Assembly: GCA_963769935.1 (NCBI GenBank)
Contig: CAVYNY010000007.1
Coordinates: 224,001 to 288,000 of the forward strand
Direction of reading: 5' to 3'
Length of the DNA stretch: 64,000 nt
DNA from: an uncultured delta proteobacterium
GTDB taxonomy: Bacteria; Desulfobacterota; Desulfobacteria; Desulfobacterales; JAFDCJ01
The notes under the pieces were generated by a model that did no database searches, was not told the origin of the DNA, and saw only the letters and a program-made list of their open reading frames with translations. This document shows positions 1 through 10,480 of the stretch, in pieces (the first letter of the stretch is position 1; the number at the start of each line of letters is the position of its first letter). The position numbers were made by a program, and so were the translations under genes.

Positions 1-413
1 GACAGCCAGGGCCAAGCCGTTCTTGAACTTTGTTGTAAATCGAAAATCATCAGTTTTTTATGAAGCAATATAAGTCCCCGCTGTCCGTGACATAATCGTT
101 ATTATGCTAAGAATATTATGATTGAATTGAAAGAGCCGATCTATAATGATAAAGAATATCCGTATGTGAATCACATGAACATACTTCATGATTCATTACA
201 GCTCATCGATGTTCAGTCATTAGTAAAAAAATGTACTGACAGGTGGTATAACTAAACGCTATGTCGGGTCAACGACTCGGTGGTGAGGCTTGGCAGATTG
301 CAAGGAGAATATCATTGAGATAATCGAACGTATCTTTAAATAATCCAGTATCAAAGTGACCGGATCTGTCACGGGTGTGTGATAATATTCTTCCCAGCAA
401 AGGAGAAAATTTT

Positions 414-602
414 ATGCACACCGACCGGATGAAACCGCAGCCCATGAATGAAAGCCAGCTGGAGCATATCAAAAAACAGATCATCAAAACCTACCTGTAC
501 CTTATAAGTCACACTGAACACGATCCAAAAGTGGTCGAGGTTATGAAATTATCCGCGCTGGCGGATGTGCAAAGAAGGTATGAGGCCAGGGAGCCCTGGT
601 GA
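414..602 (+). CDS. Small hypothetical protein (62 aa)
   Basis: AAGGAG RBS upstream of ATG at 414; open frame MHTDRMKPQP...EAREPW; no family recognised. Confidence 0.45.
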   Translation: MHTDRMKPQPMNESQLEHIKKQIIKTYLYLISHTEHDPKVVEVMKLSALADVQRRYEAREPW

Positions 603-645
603 CGTGAAACCTTCAGATACGCGATCTTAAACGTATCTTTTTATT

Positions 646-920
646 TTAGTACACCCCGTATTTCTCAAGCGCTTCCCACATGGTGATGATGTTTGCGGGA
701 GGGACGTCGGCCTGGATGTTGTGAATGGTGTTGAAGACGTAGCCGCCGCCTGGCGCCAAGGCCCCGATATTGCGGTGCACGTCGTCTTTAACTTCTTCGG
801 CGTGCCTGAGGGCAGGGCCTCGTGGGTGTTCGCAGGGCTGCCCCAGAGCACCAGGTTCCGGCCGAAATCCCTCTTGAGAGCCTTCGGCTCCATGTCTTTG
901 GCGCGAAGGTGAAATTGAAT
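646..920 (-). pseudogene. C-terminal remnant of a uroporphyrinogen decarboxylase (URO-D/MtaA-CmuA)-family protein, frameshifted
   Basis: AKDMEPKALKRDFGRNLVLWG...LPSGTP, then after a 1-nt shift near 798 EEVKDDVHRNIGALAPGGGYVFNTIHNIQADVPPANIITMWEALEKYGVY*, a typical URO-D-family C-terminus. No N-terminal part upstream. Confidence 0.75.
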
Positions 921-1117
921 AAGTTGAGGCCGGCCTGTAGGTCCGACCGGCTGACTCGCTTAAACTCCTTTTTTTACCTTATAAGAATCGAGATTACTAA
1001 GTATCTCTGACATATTTCCAGGGACAATTTCATTATTTTATCCAGCTGCCAAATCTTCTAATTCTTCTGAAATTGCTTCATCGACAACGATTTTTTTCAT
1101 AACTAATAACTCATATC

Positions 1118-2218
1118 TCAGCGAAAGCTCTTTCGCACGGGTGTCCGCTTAAGCGGCAGTTGTACCGGTTTGCCGCCGGCCAGGGCTGAGCGGTAGATGG
1201 CCAGGATAATCTCAAGGGACTTGCGGGCTTCCGGCCCATCTATCAGGGGTTTTTGACCGGCTTTGAGCGAGCGGACGGCGTCTTCGAAATTTTTCAGATG
1301 TCCGCTGAAATCAATAGCCTTGGGGTCGGCGGCACCGGCACCAGCCTCTTCGGCCCGGGTCCGGAATTTTTGCAGTATTTTTTTGTCCCCAGGTTTTTTC
1401 TTCTTGAATTCCCACATCGTGAAGGAATTATCCCGCATGAAGATCGATCCCTCCGAACCGCACAGATGAACTTCGGCCGGGTGACCGGTCGGCGAGAAGC
1501 AGGATGTGGAGCCCTCGATGACTCCCAGAGCACCATTTTTAAATTTTACTATGGCAACCGCATTGTCTTCGGTCTCGATCCTTTCATGAATGGCGCGATC
1601 CGCAAAGGCACAAACGGACTCAACCTCACCGGCCAGATAGTACAACAGATCGATGGTGTGAATGGATTGGTTCATCAGAGCCCCGCCGCCGTCCAGCAGC
1701 CAGGTCCCCCGCCAATCGCCGCTGTCGTAATATGCCTGGGTGCGGTACCACTTGATGTAGGCATCCGCCAGGGTGATTTTGCCCAGGCGCCCGGCTACGA
1801 CGGCCTGCCTGAGCACCGCGGTGGCCTCGTTGAATCGGCGTGGAAAGATGCCGGCCAGCATGACCTTGTTTTCGCTGCAGACCCGGATCATGCGGTCAAC
1901 CCGTTCCAGGGTCACCTCCAGCGGCTTTTCGCAAATAATGTGTTTGCCGGCTCGGGCCGCCTGTTCGCAGGGCTCCAGGTGCGCTCCGCTGGGTGTGGCA
2001 ATGGTCACAATATCCAATCCGGGATGGGCCAGAAACGCCCTGTAATCCTGATAAGAGGTGCAGTCATGTGCTTGGGCGACCCGATCCGCGTTGGCTTTGC
2101 TGCGTGAAAAGACACAGGCCAGGTACCCGCCCTTCATGGCTTCAATTGCCCGGGCATGAAAATCAGCGATCATCCCGCAGCCGACAATACCGAAACCATA
2201 ACCGCCTTTTTTTGCCAT
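1118..2218 (-). CDS. Gfo/Idh/MocA family NAD(P)-dependent oxidoreductase
   Basis: GIVGCGMIA Rossmann motif, ICEKPL, GGGALMNQSIH; GGAGG RBS. Confidence 0.92.
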   Translation of the reverse strand: MAKKGGYGFGIVGCGMIADFHARAIEAMKGGYLACVFSRSKANADRVAQAHDCTSYQDYRAFLAHPGLDIVTIATPSGAHLEPCEQAARAGKHIICEKPLEVTLERVDRMIRVCSENKVMLAGIFPRRFNEATAVLRQAVVAGRLGKITLADAYIKWYRTQAYYDSGDWRGTWLLDGGGALMNQSIHTIDLLYYLAGEVESVCAFADRAIHERIETEDNAVAIVKFKNGALGVIEGSTSCFSPTGHPAEVHLCGSEGSIFMRDNSFTMWEFKKKKPGDKKILQKFRTRAEEAGAGAADPKAIDFSGHLKNFEDAVRSLKAGQKPLIDGPEARKSLEIILAIYRSALAGGKPVQLPLKRTPVRKSFR

Positions 2219-2236
2219 GACGTCCTCCCCCCTTTA

Positions 2237-2286
2237 AAAATGCCTAAAATGCCTAAAATGCCTAAATTGTCTAAAATGCCTAAAAT
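2237..2286. repeat. 9-bp tandem repeat (AAAATGCCT x5, one degenerate unit)
   Basis: aaaatgcct-aaaatgcct-aaaatgcct-aaattgtct-aaaatgcct in the intergenic gap. Confidence 0.9.
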
Positions 2287-2313
2287 TAATGCATCCTTTC
2301 TCCTTTATCCTTT

Positions 2314-3606
2314 TCAATGCAGCATCTCAAAAGGCGACGCAAGGGCTTTGGTCCTGGCGTTCGCCAGCAGGGTGTACTTGGCGATGGTGCAGGCACGATG
2401 CCCCGGAGATTCGATGCCTTTATCCAGTTGCTCGATAAATGCGTCGCGCACCCGGTAGAAATGCTGCTCATGGGTTGTTCTTATATTGTCGGGAATCTGA
2501 ATCAAGTAGGCATTTTTTTCCGGGGTCGTCGAAAGGCCCGGATACCTGTCAGACCATGTTGTCAGGCATCGCTGAACGGCTTCCTCAACCTGCTCTCTGT
2601 TTTCCCGCGGCACAATTAGAAGCTCGGTTTTAAAGTCTTTTTCCGGCAACTGGCGGATCATAAGGTCGGAACGAGTGCCTTTGATGAGAGATCGATGGGT
2701 GTCTCTACCCCCGGGCGGCTCGTCCAGGTACCAGATTTCCCGCAGATAAACCGGTACGCCCCTGATGCGGTAAATCAATTCGCCGTTGCAAAAATAGTCC
2801 AGGACATCATCTTTCACATATTCACGAATATCCTGTGGAAAGTGATCGGTGCCTGTGATCTTTGCGAACTTATCCAGGGGAACCCTGGTTGCCCAGCGTC
2901 GGGCTTCTACCAGTTCAATATCTTTTTCATAATCGATAGCCGTGGCGGGAAACAGCATCCATTGGGTCATGTCCACCAGGTGAATGGTGGTATCGACAAG
3001 GCCTTCACCCTGGACATCGATATCAAAATACCAGGCCGGTCGCACCAGGGGTCTTGCATTGACAATCTTGTAAAGATGATGGACACATTCTTTGAAGACC
3101 GAAGGGCTGGTGTCTTTTTCGATTCGAATTTTTCCAAAAACTTTTTCTTCCTTCATAAATTCTTTTTGAAGCAGGGTAGCAATTTCGTAGCGTTCGGTCA
3201 TGATATCCGCCGCCAGGGGGCGATCGGGTGCCAGGGCCGATCGCAAAAAAGGCAGCGCCGCCTCGGTTGTTACCCATGGTTTATCTGCTAATATCGCAAA
3301 CCCTGCCTGGCTCAAGGCATCGATGTTTTTCATCTTGGTGTTGTTGCGGCCGGCCAGAACGACGATATCTCCCTTTTTTTCATCAATTAATTTTTCAAGA
3401 CTGTCTTTTCCGCGGTAGACGCTCATTCGCCAGCGGGTGGGGTTGACCTGTCGGTTGTTGAAGGCTTCAGCAATCTCCAAAAAGCGATCCAGATCCGGCC
3501 CCGGTTCCGAATACACATGGATATCATCGGAGAGACTTGGATGACGTTCACGCAATACCAGGGCGGCGTGGAAGTGACCGGGATTTAGTATGAGGAGTTT
3601 ATGCAT
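2314..3606 (-). CDS. Putative oxidoreductase (Gfo/Idh/MocA-related, Oxidoreduct_C-type C-terminal domain)
   Basis: LNPGHFHAALV start, LADKPW, DIMTERYEI, RPAWYFDIDVQGEGLVDTTIHLVD, HEQHF motifs. Confidence 0.8.
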   Translation of the reverse strand: MHKLLILNPGHFHAALVLRERHPSLSDDIHVYSEPGPDLDRFLEIAEAFNNRQVNPTRWRMSVYRGKDSLEKLIDEKKGDIVVLAGRNNTKMKNIDALSQAGFAILADKPWVTTEAALPFLRSALAPDRPLAADIMTERYEIATLLQKEFMKEEKVFGKIRIEKDTSPSVFKECVHHLYKIVNARPLVRPAWYFDIDVQGEGLVDTTIHLVDMTQWMLFPATAIDYEKDIELVEARRWATRVPLDKFAKITGTDHFPQDIREYVKDDVLDYFCNGELIYRIRGVPVYLREIWYLDEPPGGRDTHRSLIKGTRSDLMIRQLPEKDFKTELLIVPRENREQVEEAVQRCLTTWSDRYPGLSTTPEKNAYLIQIPDNIRTTHEQHFYRVRDAFIEQLDKGIESPGHRACTIAKYTLLANARTKALASPFEMLH

Positions 3607-3619
3607 GGTTGTATCCTTC

Positions 3620-4159
3620 TCATCTTTTCAACTCTGCCCGCATTATCCGATCGGCCTCCCGATAGGAATCCATGCTGCCGATGTCCAGTCGGGATGCATT
3701 CAATTTAAAGGCATATACTGCCTCGGTCTGGCACAAATAATCAATGAAATACCCTGGAGCATCGCTATTTGCAGAGCTGTTGACAAACGCTTCGAGCCTG
3801 GGCCGGGCCGAAGCCTGCAGGGAATACAGCGGTGGGCAGGACCACGTGGACTGCGGCCGGCCCGGCTTTTCGTGCTGGCGAATCACCCGGTCCTGCGCGT
3901 CCAGTTCAAGTACGCCGGTTTTTTTCAGCTTACGCCTGTCCATCTCAGGCAGCGCCGCAACATAATGATGGCGACTCTGCAAAAATTGCCGGCAGAGGGG
4001 CTTGATGGAAAACCGGTAGATGTTATCGCCGGCGGAAACCAGGATCCTGGAGGTATCTGAAATATGCTTCAACACCAGTTGCAAATCGGCCGCTGCCCCC
4101 CGTCGACTTTCATTGGCTTCAGCGTCGTCATTGTAAATCTCAAATAATTTGCTTTTCAT
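3620..4159 (-). pseudogene. N-terminally truncated sugar-phosphate nucleotidyltransferase
   Basis: Retains ND..NE.RRGAAADL, VSAGDN, EKP, PPLY and DIG; lacks the N-terminal LAAGxGTR motif, with no in-frame extension upstream. Confidence 0.7.
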
Positions 4160-4263
4160 GGCAAGTCAATGCCAAAAAACAAAGGTGAATTTGCCCAAAC
4201 GTTGCTTAAGTCTGCTTAACTCTTCATGTGGGGTAGACGGAAGGCAGCCGATTTTCCCGGGAC

Positions 4264-4298
4264 GATGCTGGATGCTGGATACTTGATGCTGGATATTG
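4264..4298. repeat. 7-bp degenerate tandem repeat (GATGCTG x5)
   Basis: gatgctg-gatgctg-gatactt-gatgctg-gatattg. Confidence 0.85.
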
Positions 4299-4568
4299 TG
4301 GAATTCGCCGAGTGTGGGATTCTGAAACATCCAGTATTTACATGATATCTGTTTAGAGACTGATTTTGATTCGAACTGCGAAAATGATTGAAAAAGATTT
4401 TTCCCTGTAATAAACACAGCAGACAGCTGATAACGCCGGTGAATCATAACGATCAATAAAGGAGGTGATCACAAAAACGCCCTTCATGTTTCCAACCGGA
4501 TGTATAATCCGAACCTATGACCGAGCCTTCTCACATTTTTCAGACACCTACTGCAAGAGGGGGACATC

Positions 4569-4966
4569 ATGAAAAGATCCTATTTGATTGCAATCGTACT
4601 CGCCGTTTTGCTGGCAATGCCGCTGGGCGCGGCCGCAAAAACCATCAAACTCACCGTCGCTGAAATCCACCCCCAAGATTATCCCACCACGCAAGGGTTG
4701 TTCAAATTCGCCGAACTGGTAAAGCAACGTTCCAAGGGAGAAATTATCGTCGATGTCAAATACGGCGGCCAGCTGGGGAAAGGCGAAAAGGAGGTTGTCG
4801 AGCAGGTGCAGTTCGGTGCGCTGGACATGGCCCGCATCAGCGTCTCACCGGTCACCGAGTTTGGGCCTTCACTGGAAGCTTTTGGCCTGCCCTACATCTG
4901 GGCCAGCCGCGATCATATGTGGAAGGTCTTGAACGGTCCGACCGGCCAGGGACTTTTAAAAGATGC
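4569..4966 (+). pseudogene. dctP: TRAP transporter substrate-binding protein DctP, N-terminal third only
   Basis: Signal peptide, [39 protein letters not shown]; similarity stops abruptly at about LLKDA. Confidence 0.85.
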
Positions 4967-5467
4967 GGCATTTCCCAGAAACTGATCGTCATGGCCAATG
5001 TGTTTGTCGGCCGGATCCGGGGGGGCCTGGCCATGGTGAATGTCCTGGCATCCATGCTGTTCGGCGGGATATCCGGCTCCTCGGTGGCCGATACGTCCTC
5101 GATCGGCTCCATCCTGATTCCGATGATGCGAAAGGCCGGCTATGACAATGATTATTCGGTGGCCGTCACCATTTCTTCCTCCGTTCAGGGGGTTATCATA
5201 CCGCCGAGCCACAATGTGATCATCTATGCCCTGGCGGCCGGCTGGGTGACCGTGACCGTAAACGGAATTCAAACCCAGTTTTCGCTGTCCATCGGCAAGC
5301 TGTCTCTGGCCGGCGTCATCCCGGGAATTCTGGTGGGCATCACATTGATGGTCATTTCCTCCTATCTGGCCGTCAAACGCCGGTATCCGCAGGAAAAGCC
5401 CCTCAGCCCGAGGGAAAGCTTCTATAAAGTGGTCGACGGCGCTTTGGTGACCAATTCCCTGATCCAT
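4967..5467 (+). pseudogene. dctM: TRAP transporter large permease DctM, internal fragment
   Basis: [54 protein letters not shown]; neither terminus present. Confidence 0.85.
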
Positions 5468-5671
5468 CTGACCGACTCCCGCAGCTTTCTCTCCTACCCA
5501 CGGCATGAGTACTTTCGGAGAATATTGTGCAACCTGCTGGGCAAAGAGGTGGAAGGCGGCGAACTGCCCGATGACCTCGAACTGCTGGGGAATATGGTCA
5601 AAGATATTTGCTACTACAATGCCGAGAGCTATTTCGGCTTCAACGATTCTGACGATAAAGAGCTGCATTAG
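5468..5671 (+). pseudogene. uxaC: Glucuronate isomerase UxaC, C-terminal fragment fused in frame to the DctM fragment
   Basis: [25 protein letters not shown]...ELPDD...[13 protein letters not shown] is the conserved UxaC C-terminus. Confidence 0.88.
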
Positions 5672-5697
5672 CAGCGGAAGAGGGGAGGAACATTAAA

Positions 5698-6639
5698 ATG
5701 ATTAAAGTCGCTGTCGCCCAGTCCGCACCGGTTTTATTTGATTGCGATGCGTCGATAGAAAAAGCCGTGCAGGTCGTCAATGAGGCCGGCCGCGCGGGTG
5801 CCAGGCTCGTTCTTTTGCCGGAAGCCTATATTCCCGCCTATCCTCGCGGGTTCAGCTTTGGGATGGTTGTCGGCAACCGAACCCCGCAAGGCCGTTCACT
5901 CTGGAAACGATATTGGGAAAACTCCGTGGATGTTCCGGGCAAAGCCACCGAGGCTTTAGGGGCGGCGGCCCGCGAAGCGGGCGTGTATCTGGCGATCGGG
6001 GTTGTCGAGCGGGACGCCGAATACAGCCACGGCACGCTTTTTTGCACACTGTTGTATTTCAACCCCCAGGGGAAATTGATGGGCAAACACCGCAAACTGA
6101 AACCCACCGGTTCCGAACGGTTGATATGGGGCGAAGGGGATGGCAGCACCATGCCTGTTTTTGATACCGACATCGGACGCATCGGGGGCTTGATTTGCTG
6201 GGAAAACCATATGCCGCTGGCCAGGGTGGCCATGTACAGCAAAGGGGTCGAGATTTATCTGGCCCCCACGGCCGACCAGCGGGACATCTGGCAGGCCACC
6301 TTACGGCACATTGCCTTTGAAGGCCGCTGTTTTGTCCTGGGCTGCAATCAATTCGTGACCAAAGACATGTATCCCGCCGAATTGGAAGCGATCGATGAAC
6401 TCAAAGATCAGCCGGAGATCATGTGCCGCGGCGGCAGCGTGGTCGTCTCTCCGATGGGCGAGGTGCTGGCCGGCCCGGTGTATGACAAGGAGGCCATATT
6501 GTACGCCGACCTTGACCTGGATGAAATTGTCAGGGCCCAGTTGGACCTGGATGTCGTGGGCCACTATGCCCGGCCGGATGTATTTCAGCTCTATGTAAAT
6601 GAGAAGCCTTTGAAACCGGTAAACTATAACCCTAAATGA
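5698..6639 (+). CDS. Nitrilase (carbon-nitrogen hydrolase family)
   Basis: Catalytic triad motifs LPEA, KHRKLKPT, ICWEN; C-terminal DVVGHYARPD; GGAGG RBS. Confidence 0.93.
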   Translation: MIKVAVAQSAPVLFDCDASIEKAVQVVNEAGRAGARLVLLPEAYIPAYPRGFSFGMVVGNRTPQGRSLWKRYWENSVDVPGKATEALGAAAREAGVYLAIGVVERDAEYSHGTLFCTLLYFNPQGKLMGKHRKLKPTGSERLIWGEGDGSTMPVFDTDIGRIGGLICWENHMPLARVAMYSKGVEIYLAPTADQRDIWQATLRHIAFEGRCFVLGCNQFVTKDMYPAELEAIDELKDQPEIMCRGGSVVVSPMGEVLAGPVYDKEAILYADLDLDEIVRAQLDLDVVGHYARPDVFQLYVNEKPLKPVNYNPK

Positions 6640-6674
6640 GTCAAAATTCTTCTCGTCTTGAAGGGGGAAAAATT

Positions 6675-7447
6675 ATGGTTGTCGATCTGACCGGCAAAAC
6701 AGCCGTGATTACCGGGGGCACAGCCGGCATCGGCTTGAGCATTGCCGAAACCCTGGCCGGCGCCGGCGCAAGGATAGCAATTTGCAGCCGTGTGCAATCA
6801 AATGTTGCCGGGGCCTTAAGTTATTTGAAAGGCAAAAAAATCAATGCCTACGGGCAGGTCGCCGATGTGTCCCAGCGCGCGAGTATCTTTTCATTGGCCG
6901 ATGAAGTCGAGAAAAAATTGGGCGGCATCGATATCTGGATCAGCAATGCAGGCATCTTTTCGCCGAAAAAGCTTATCGACACTCCGGAAAATTATGGCAG
7001 CAGGTGATGGATGTCAATGTCAAGTCAATTTACTACGGCGGATTGATTGCCGCCGATAAAATCAGAAAGCGCGGCGGCGGCGTGCTGGTAAACGCCGCCT
7101 CATTTGCATCCTTAATGCCTTCGATCGGCAGCGGCGCCTATGCCGCATCGAAGGCAGCCGTTTACAGCATGACCAAAACCCTCGGCGCCGAGCTGGCGCC
7201 TTTCAACATCCGCGTCGTCGGTTACGCGCCCGGCGTGATCGAAACCGGGATGACGGAACCGGGAATTAATTCAAGGGGCAGGGAGCTTGCAGGCCAGATT
7301 GCGCTGCAGCGATTCGGCCAATGCCAAGAGATCGCCGCGGTGGTCCTGTTCCTGGTTTCAGACCATGCGTCATACATCACCGGAACCTGCATCGAGATAT
7401 CCGGGGGCAAATTCTGCGTTCAAAATCCCGTGGACGCCTGGAGATGA
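6675..7447 (+). pseudogene. SDR family oxidoreductase split by a single-base frameshift (real or sequencing error)
   Basis: TGGTAGIG and SNAG in one frame, YAASK and ITG in another; one extra A in the GAAAATT run at ~6988-6991 gives continuous IDTPEKLWQQVMDVN. Confidence 0.8.
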
Positions 7448-7459
7448 AGAGATGAAGAG

Positions 7460-7518
7460 GTGTCACATCTTATTTTTTAAGAATTCCCAGGCGACATTAA
7501 ATATTTAGGGTGCGACAC
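7460..7518. repeat. Imperfect REP-like palindrome
   Basis: GTGTCACATCTTA...TTAGGGTGCGACAC just downstream of the SDR stop. Confidence 0.45.
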
Positions 7519-7819
7519 TATTGCTTTCACTATAACAAGCTGCTGCAGCCCCTGCGGGCAAAATCCACAAGAACGGATAGCCGTTTATTCCAACCTTGAA
7601 GACCTGGTCCTCTGGGCCAGGATTATTGGCTTTAGAGATTTGATGCCGTCTTGCTTGAAACTTTTGGTGAATTGGTTTAAATCACAGGACAACCAAAGAC
7701 AAAGGAATACACGATCGATTTGGTGAAATACAGCCAGGAATCAGTGAACGGTCGTCCGAATCACGCGGTGTCTTCGATAACCTTGCCGTCATGGCAAAGA
7801 GAGCTGTTTAAATTTCCAT

Positions 7820-8221
7820 ATGCATGAAACGGGCGCTTTGCAGGTAGTCAGGCTGCTGCTCGACAGAGGAATTGGAGTGGAGGCCGGCATCTGGACCGCC
7901 AGGGCAGCCGAGATCCTGCTATACAGCGACTTCGCCGACGAATGCCTGCGGATTCTGATCGAGCCCGCCGAGGGGCCGGGCGATGCGCGAACGAACTTGT
8001 CAGAGATAGAGACCGGCCTGGATCGTGTCCGCTGTCCGCGCCTCCTGCATGGCCTCGGAGCATCGGCTTGGGAGTTCATCAAGCTGGCGGCGGCGCGCAC
8101 CTATGACACGCGCACCGGTTTCGAAGACACGCTGAAGCTTCCGGACGGGTCCCTGGCGGAGAGCAATGCCGAGCTGGTTGCCGCGGTACGCCGGGTCGTC
8201 GCGAATGTGGTCTCACCATGA
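7820..8221 (+). pseudogene. C-terminal half of a BKACE (3-keto-5-aminohexanoate cleavage, DUF849) family protein
   Basis: HETGA, GIGVEAGIW, RILIE, PRLLHG, DTRTGFEDT..LPDG.LAESNAELV; the N-terminal metal-binding HxH half is missing. Confidence 0.75.
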
Positions 8222-9357
8222 ATACAAAAGCAAGGCGTTATGATAATGATTGGCTCACTGTGCTGGCAATGCTGACTATATTTTTCTTTCATTGTGCCAG
8301 GTTCTTCAATTTTGAAGATTGGCATGTGAAGAACAACCAATTAGATGCAGGCCTGAGCCTTTTTGTTGCAATTGTGGCCCAGTGGATAATGCCGCTATTT
8401 TTTATACTTTCAGGCATAAGTTCCTGCTACTCGCTGAAGTCCCGGACAACCGGCCGCTATATCGGCAACCGATTCCGGCGTCTGGTCATTCCTCTGATAT
8501 TCGGTACATTCATATTGCTCATTCCCGTGCAGGTTTGGATTGAACGTGTCAGTCACGATCAATTTAATGGAAGTTTCATCGAATTCTACCCGCACTATTT
8601 TGAGGGATTTTATGCCTTTGGGGGAAATTTTGCCTGGATGGGCCTTCATCTCTGGTACCTGGAAATGCTTTTTATTTTTACCCTGATTACACTTCCGCTC
8701 TTCATTTTGCTGAAGCAAGAAAATATTCAGGAACTGATTTCAGGGGCCGCGGCGTTTTTTGCGCAGAACGGCGCCATCTTCCTTTTTGGTGTCCCGCTGT
8801 TTGCGATGGAATTGCTGGTCAACTTGCAGCCGGAAGGTGTCGGAATCAGAAGCTTTGGCGGGTGGAGTCCTCTTTCGTATCTCGTTTTTTTTGTAGCAGG
8901 CTTCCTGTCGGGCTTGGATTCAAGATGCAGAGAAGCGATGGAAAGATCCCGGTATGTTTCACTGGCGTTGGGGCTCTTGACAACCGGTTTGATGTTCTTC
9001 TTCCCTGTGGATACAGCTCCCCTTGGAGAGTTCGTATCCTATAGTCTGACGGAATTTTGCCGGTCCTTCAATTCATGGTTTTGGCTCGTGGCCCTGCTTG
9101 GCTTCGGGAGTAGATTTCTCAACTTCAACAACGGGATATTGAAATATGCCAGAGAAGCGGTATTGCCGTTTTACATTCTTCATCAAACGGTAATCGTCGT
9201 AATCGGTTTTTATATTGCCGATTGGGAAGCGCGCGTTGCGGTGAAATACCTCACGCTCAGCACCCTGTCATTTATTGTGATCATTGCCGCATATGACTTG
9301 TTGATCAAACGGGTCAAGGCATTGCGATTTTTATTTGGAATGAAAGTCGAAAAATGA
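8218..9357 (+). CDS. Acyltransferase 3 family membrane protein (OpgC/MdoC-like)
   Basis: RRYDNDWL, MPLFFILSG, RFRRLVIP, HLWYL, PFYILHQ; multiple TM segments. Confidence 0.88.
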   Translation: MNTKARRYDNDWLTVLAMLTIFFFHCARFFNFEDWHVKNNQLDAGLSLFVAIVAQWIMPLFFILSGISSCYSLKSRTTGRYIGNRFRRLVIPLIFGTFILLIPVQVWIERVSHDQFNGSFIEFYPHYFEGFYAFGGNFAWMGLHLWYLEMLFIFTLITLPLFILLKQENIQELISGAAAFFAQNGAIFLFGVPLFAMELLVNLQPEGVGIRSFGGWSPLSYLVFFVAGFLSGLDSRCREAMERSRYVSLALGLLTTGLMFFFPVDTAPLGEFVSYSLTEFCRSFNSWFWLVALLGFGSRFLNFNNGILKYAREAVLPFYILHQTVIVVIGFYIADWEARVAVKYLTLSTLSFIVIIAAYDLLIKRVKALRFLFGMKVEK

Positions 9358-9476
9358 GTTTATTTATGAGGCCAAGCAAAAGCCTCTGGAAATGGATCCA
9401 ACGGCGGAGCCCGGAGAACAGGGCACGCTAGATAGCGGCGCCGCAAAGCTTTTATCGGCCGGGGACATGTTATCCA

Positions 9477-10040
9477 ATGGAAACCGTACTATTTTATCAG
9501 GTCAACAGCGCCGAGCACAGACAGCAAGCGGGCGACCTGATTCGTGAGTATTTGGAATGGTTGAACCAGCTCGTACAGCGCGATTACGGCATTGAATTCG
9601 ATGTCGAAGCCATGGTGGCATCCGATCTGTCGGACGCCGACAAGTTTCATCCGCCGGGCGGGCGTTTCTACCTTGTTAAGTACGGCGGCGATATCGCCGG
9701 GGTCGGTTGTTTGAAAAAACTTGAAGAAGGCGTGGGGGAAATCCAGCGCATGTATGTTCCGGCCTGCCTGAGAGGAAAGGGCATCGGGCGGGCTATCGTG
9801 AATCGTTTGATAGAAGATGCCCGCGCCGTCGGGTATCGCCGGCTGAAACTTGAGAGCTTGGAATTTCTGGCAGCGGCACATTCGCTATACCGGTCGGTAG
9901 GCTTTCACGAAATCGATCCATACGCCGATAACAGCATGAAATCGTACCAGGACGCGGAAAACCTTGATAAGTACTATTCGATTACTGTATTTATGGAGCT
10001 TGATCTTCAGCAGTCGGAATCAAAGAATGGAGGAGCTTAG
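9477..10040 (+). CDS. GNAT family N-acetyltransferase
   Basis: EIQRMYV..LRGKGIGR acetyl-CoA motif A; LYRSVGF. Confidence 0.9.
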   Translation: METVLFYQVNSAEHRQQAGDLIREYLEWLNQLVQRDYGIEFDVEAMVASDLSDADKFHPPGGRFYLVKYGGDIAGVGCLKKLEEGVGEIQRMYVPACLRGKGIGRAIVNRLIEDARAVGYRRLKLESLEFLAAAHSLYRSVGFHEIDPYADNSMKSYQDAENLDKYYSITVFMELDLQQSESKNGGA

Positions 10041-10072
10041 CTATGAGGAGAATTTTACTCAAAATGCCCATA

Positions 10073-10112
10073 CAAAGCCTCCGAAGGTCTGTACATCTTA
10101 TCGGAGGCTTTG
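10073..10112. terminator. Stem-loop downstream of the GNAT gene (possible terminator)
   Basis: Perfect 12-bp arms CAAAGCCTCCGA / TCGGAGGCTTTG with a 16-nt loop; weak U-tract. Confidence 0.45.
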
Positions 10113-10231
10113 CAGGAAAATTTATTCGTTTAAATCGGCATGCAAAGAAGCATTAATCAGCTGCCGAATTAAATTAAGCCAGCATTTAGCATGCGGCATG
10201 ATGACCGAGGATAGCAAATCAAGAGGAGGAG

Positions 10232-10474
10232 ATTAACATCGGAAACGACGGCAACGGCAGTCTCCTGTTCCTGGACGGAGCCGGCCAAAAGCTTTTCCGG
10301 CTCAACACCCGCAATATGTCCCTGACATTGGTGGCCGCGGATCTGCCGATTGGCTATTCAACGGTCGGCGGATATCCTCCCGTTGAATTTCCCTGGCCCA
10401 TGGCGGTCGGCTCCAATGGCGACATCTACCTGGCTACCATGAACCGCGGAATGATAAAATTACAGAAAAAATAG
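10232..10474 (+). pseudogene. Orphan C-terminal fragment of a probable beta-propeller (NHL/SMP-30-like) protein
   Basis: Open frame INIGNDGNGSLLFLDGAGQKLFRLN...MAVGSNGDIYLATMNRGMIKLQKK* with no start codon at its 5' end (in-frame TGA at 10202); not in the ORF track. Confidence 0.5.
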
Positions 10475-10480
10475 AGCGAA

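Noticed and set aside
4919..5671. Novel 250-aa DctM-UxaC fusion protein
   Set aside because: Both parts are fragments lacking essential regions and the predicted start lies out of frame inside dctP; treated as a deletion scar.
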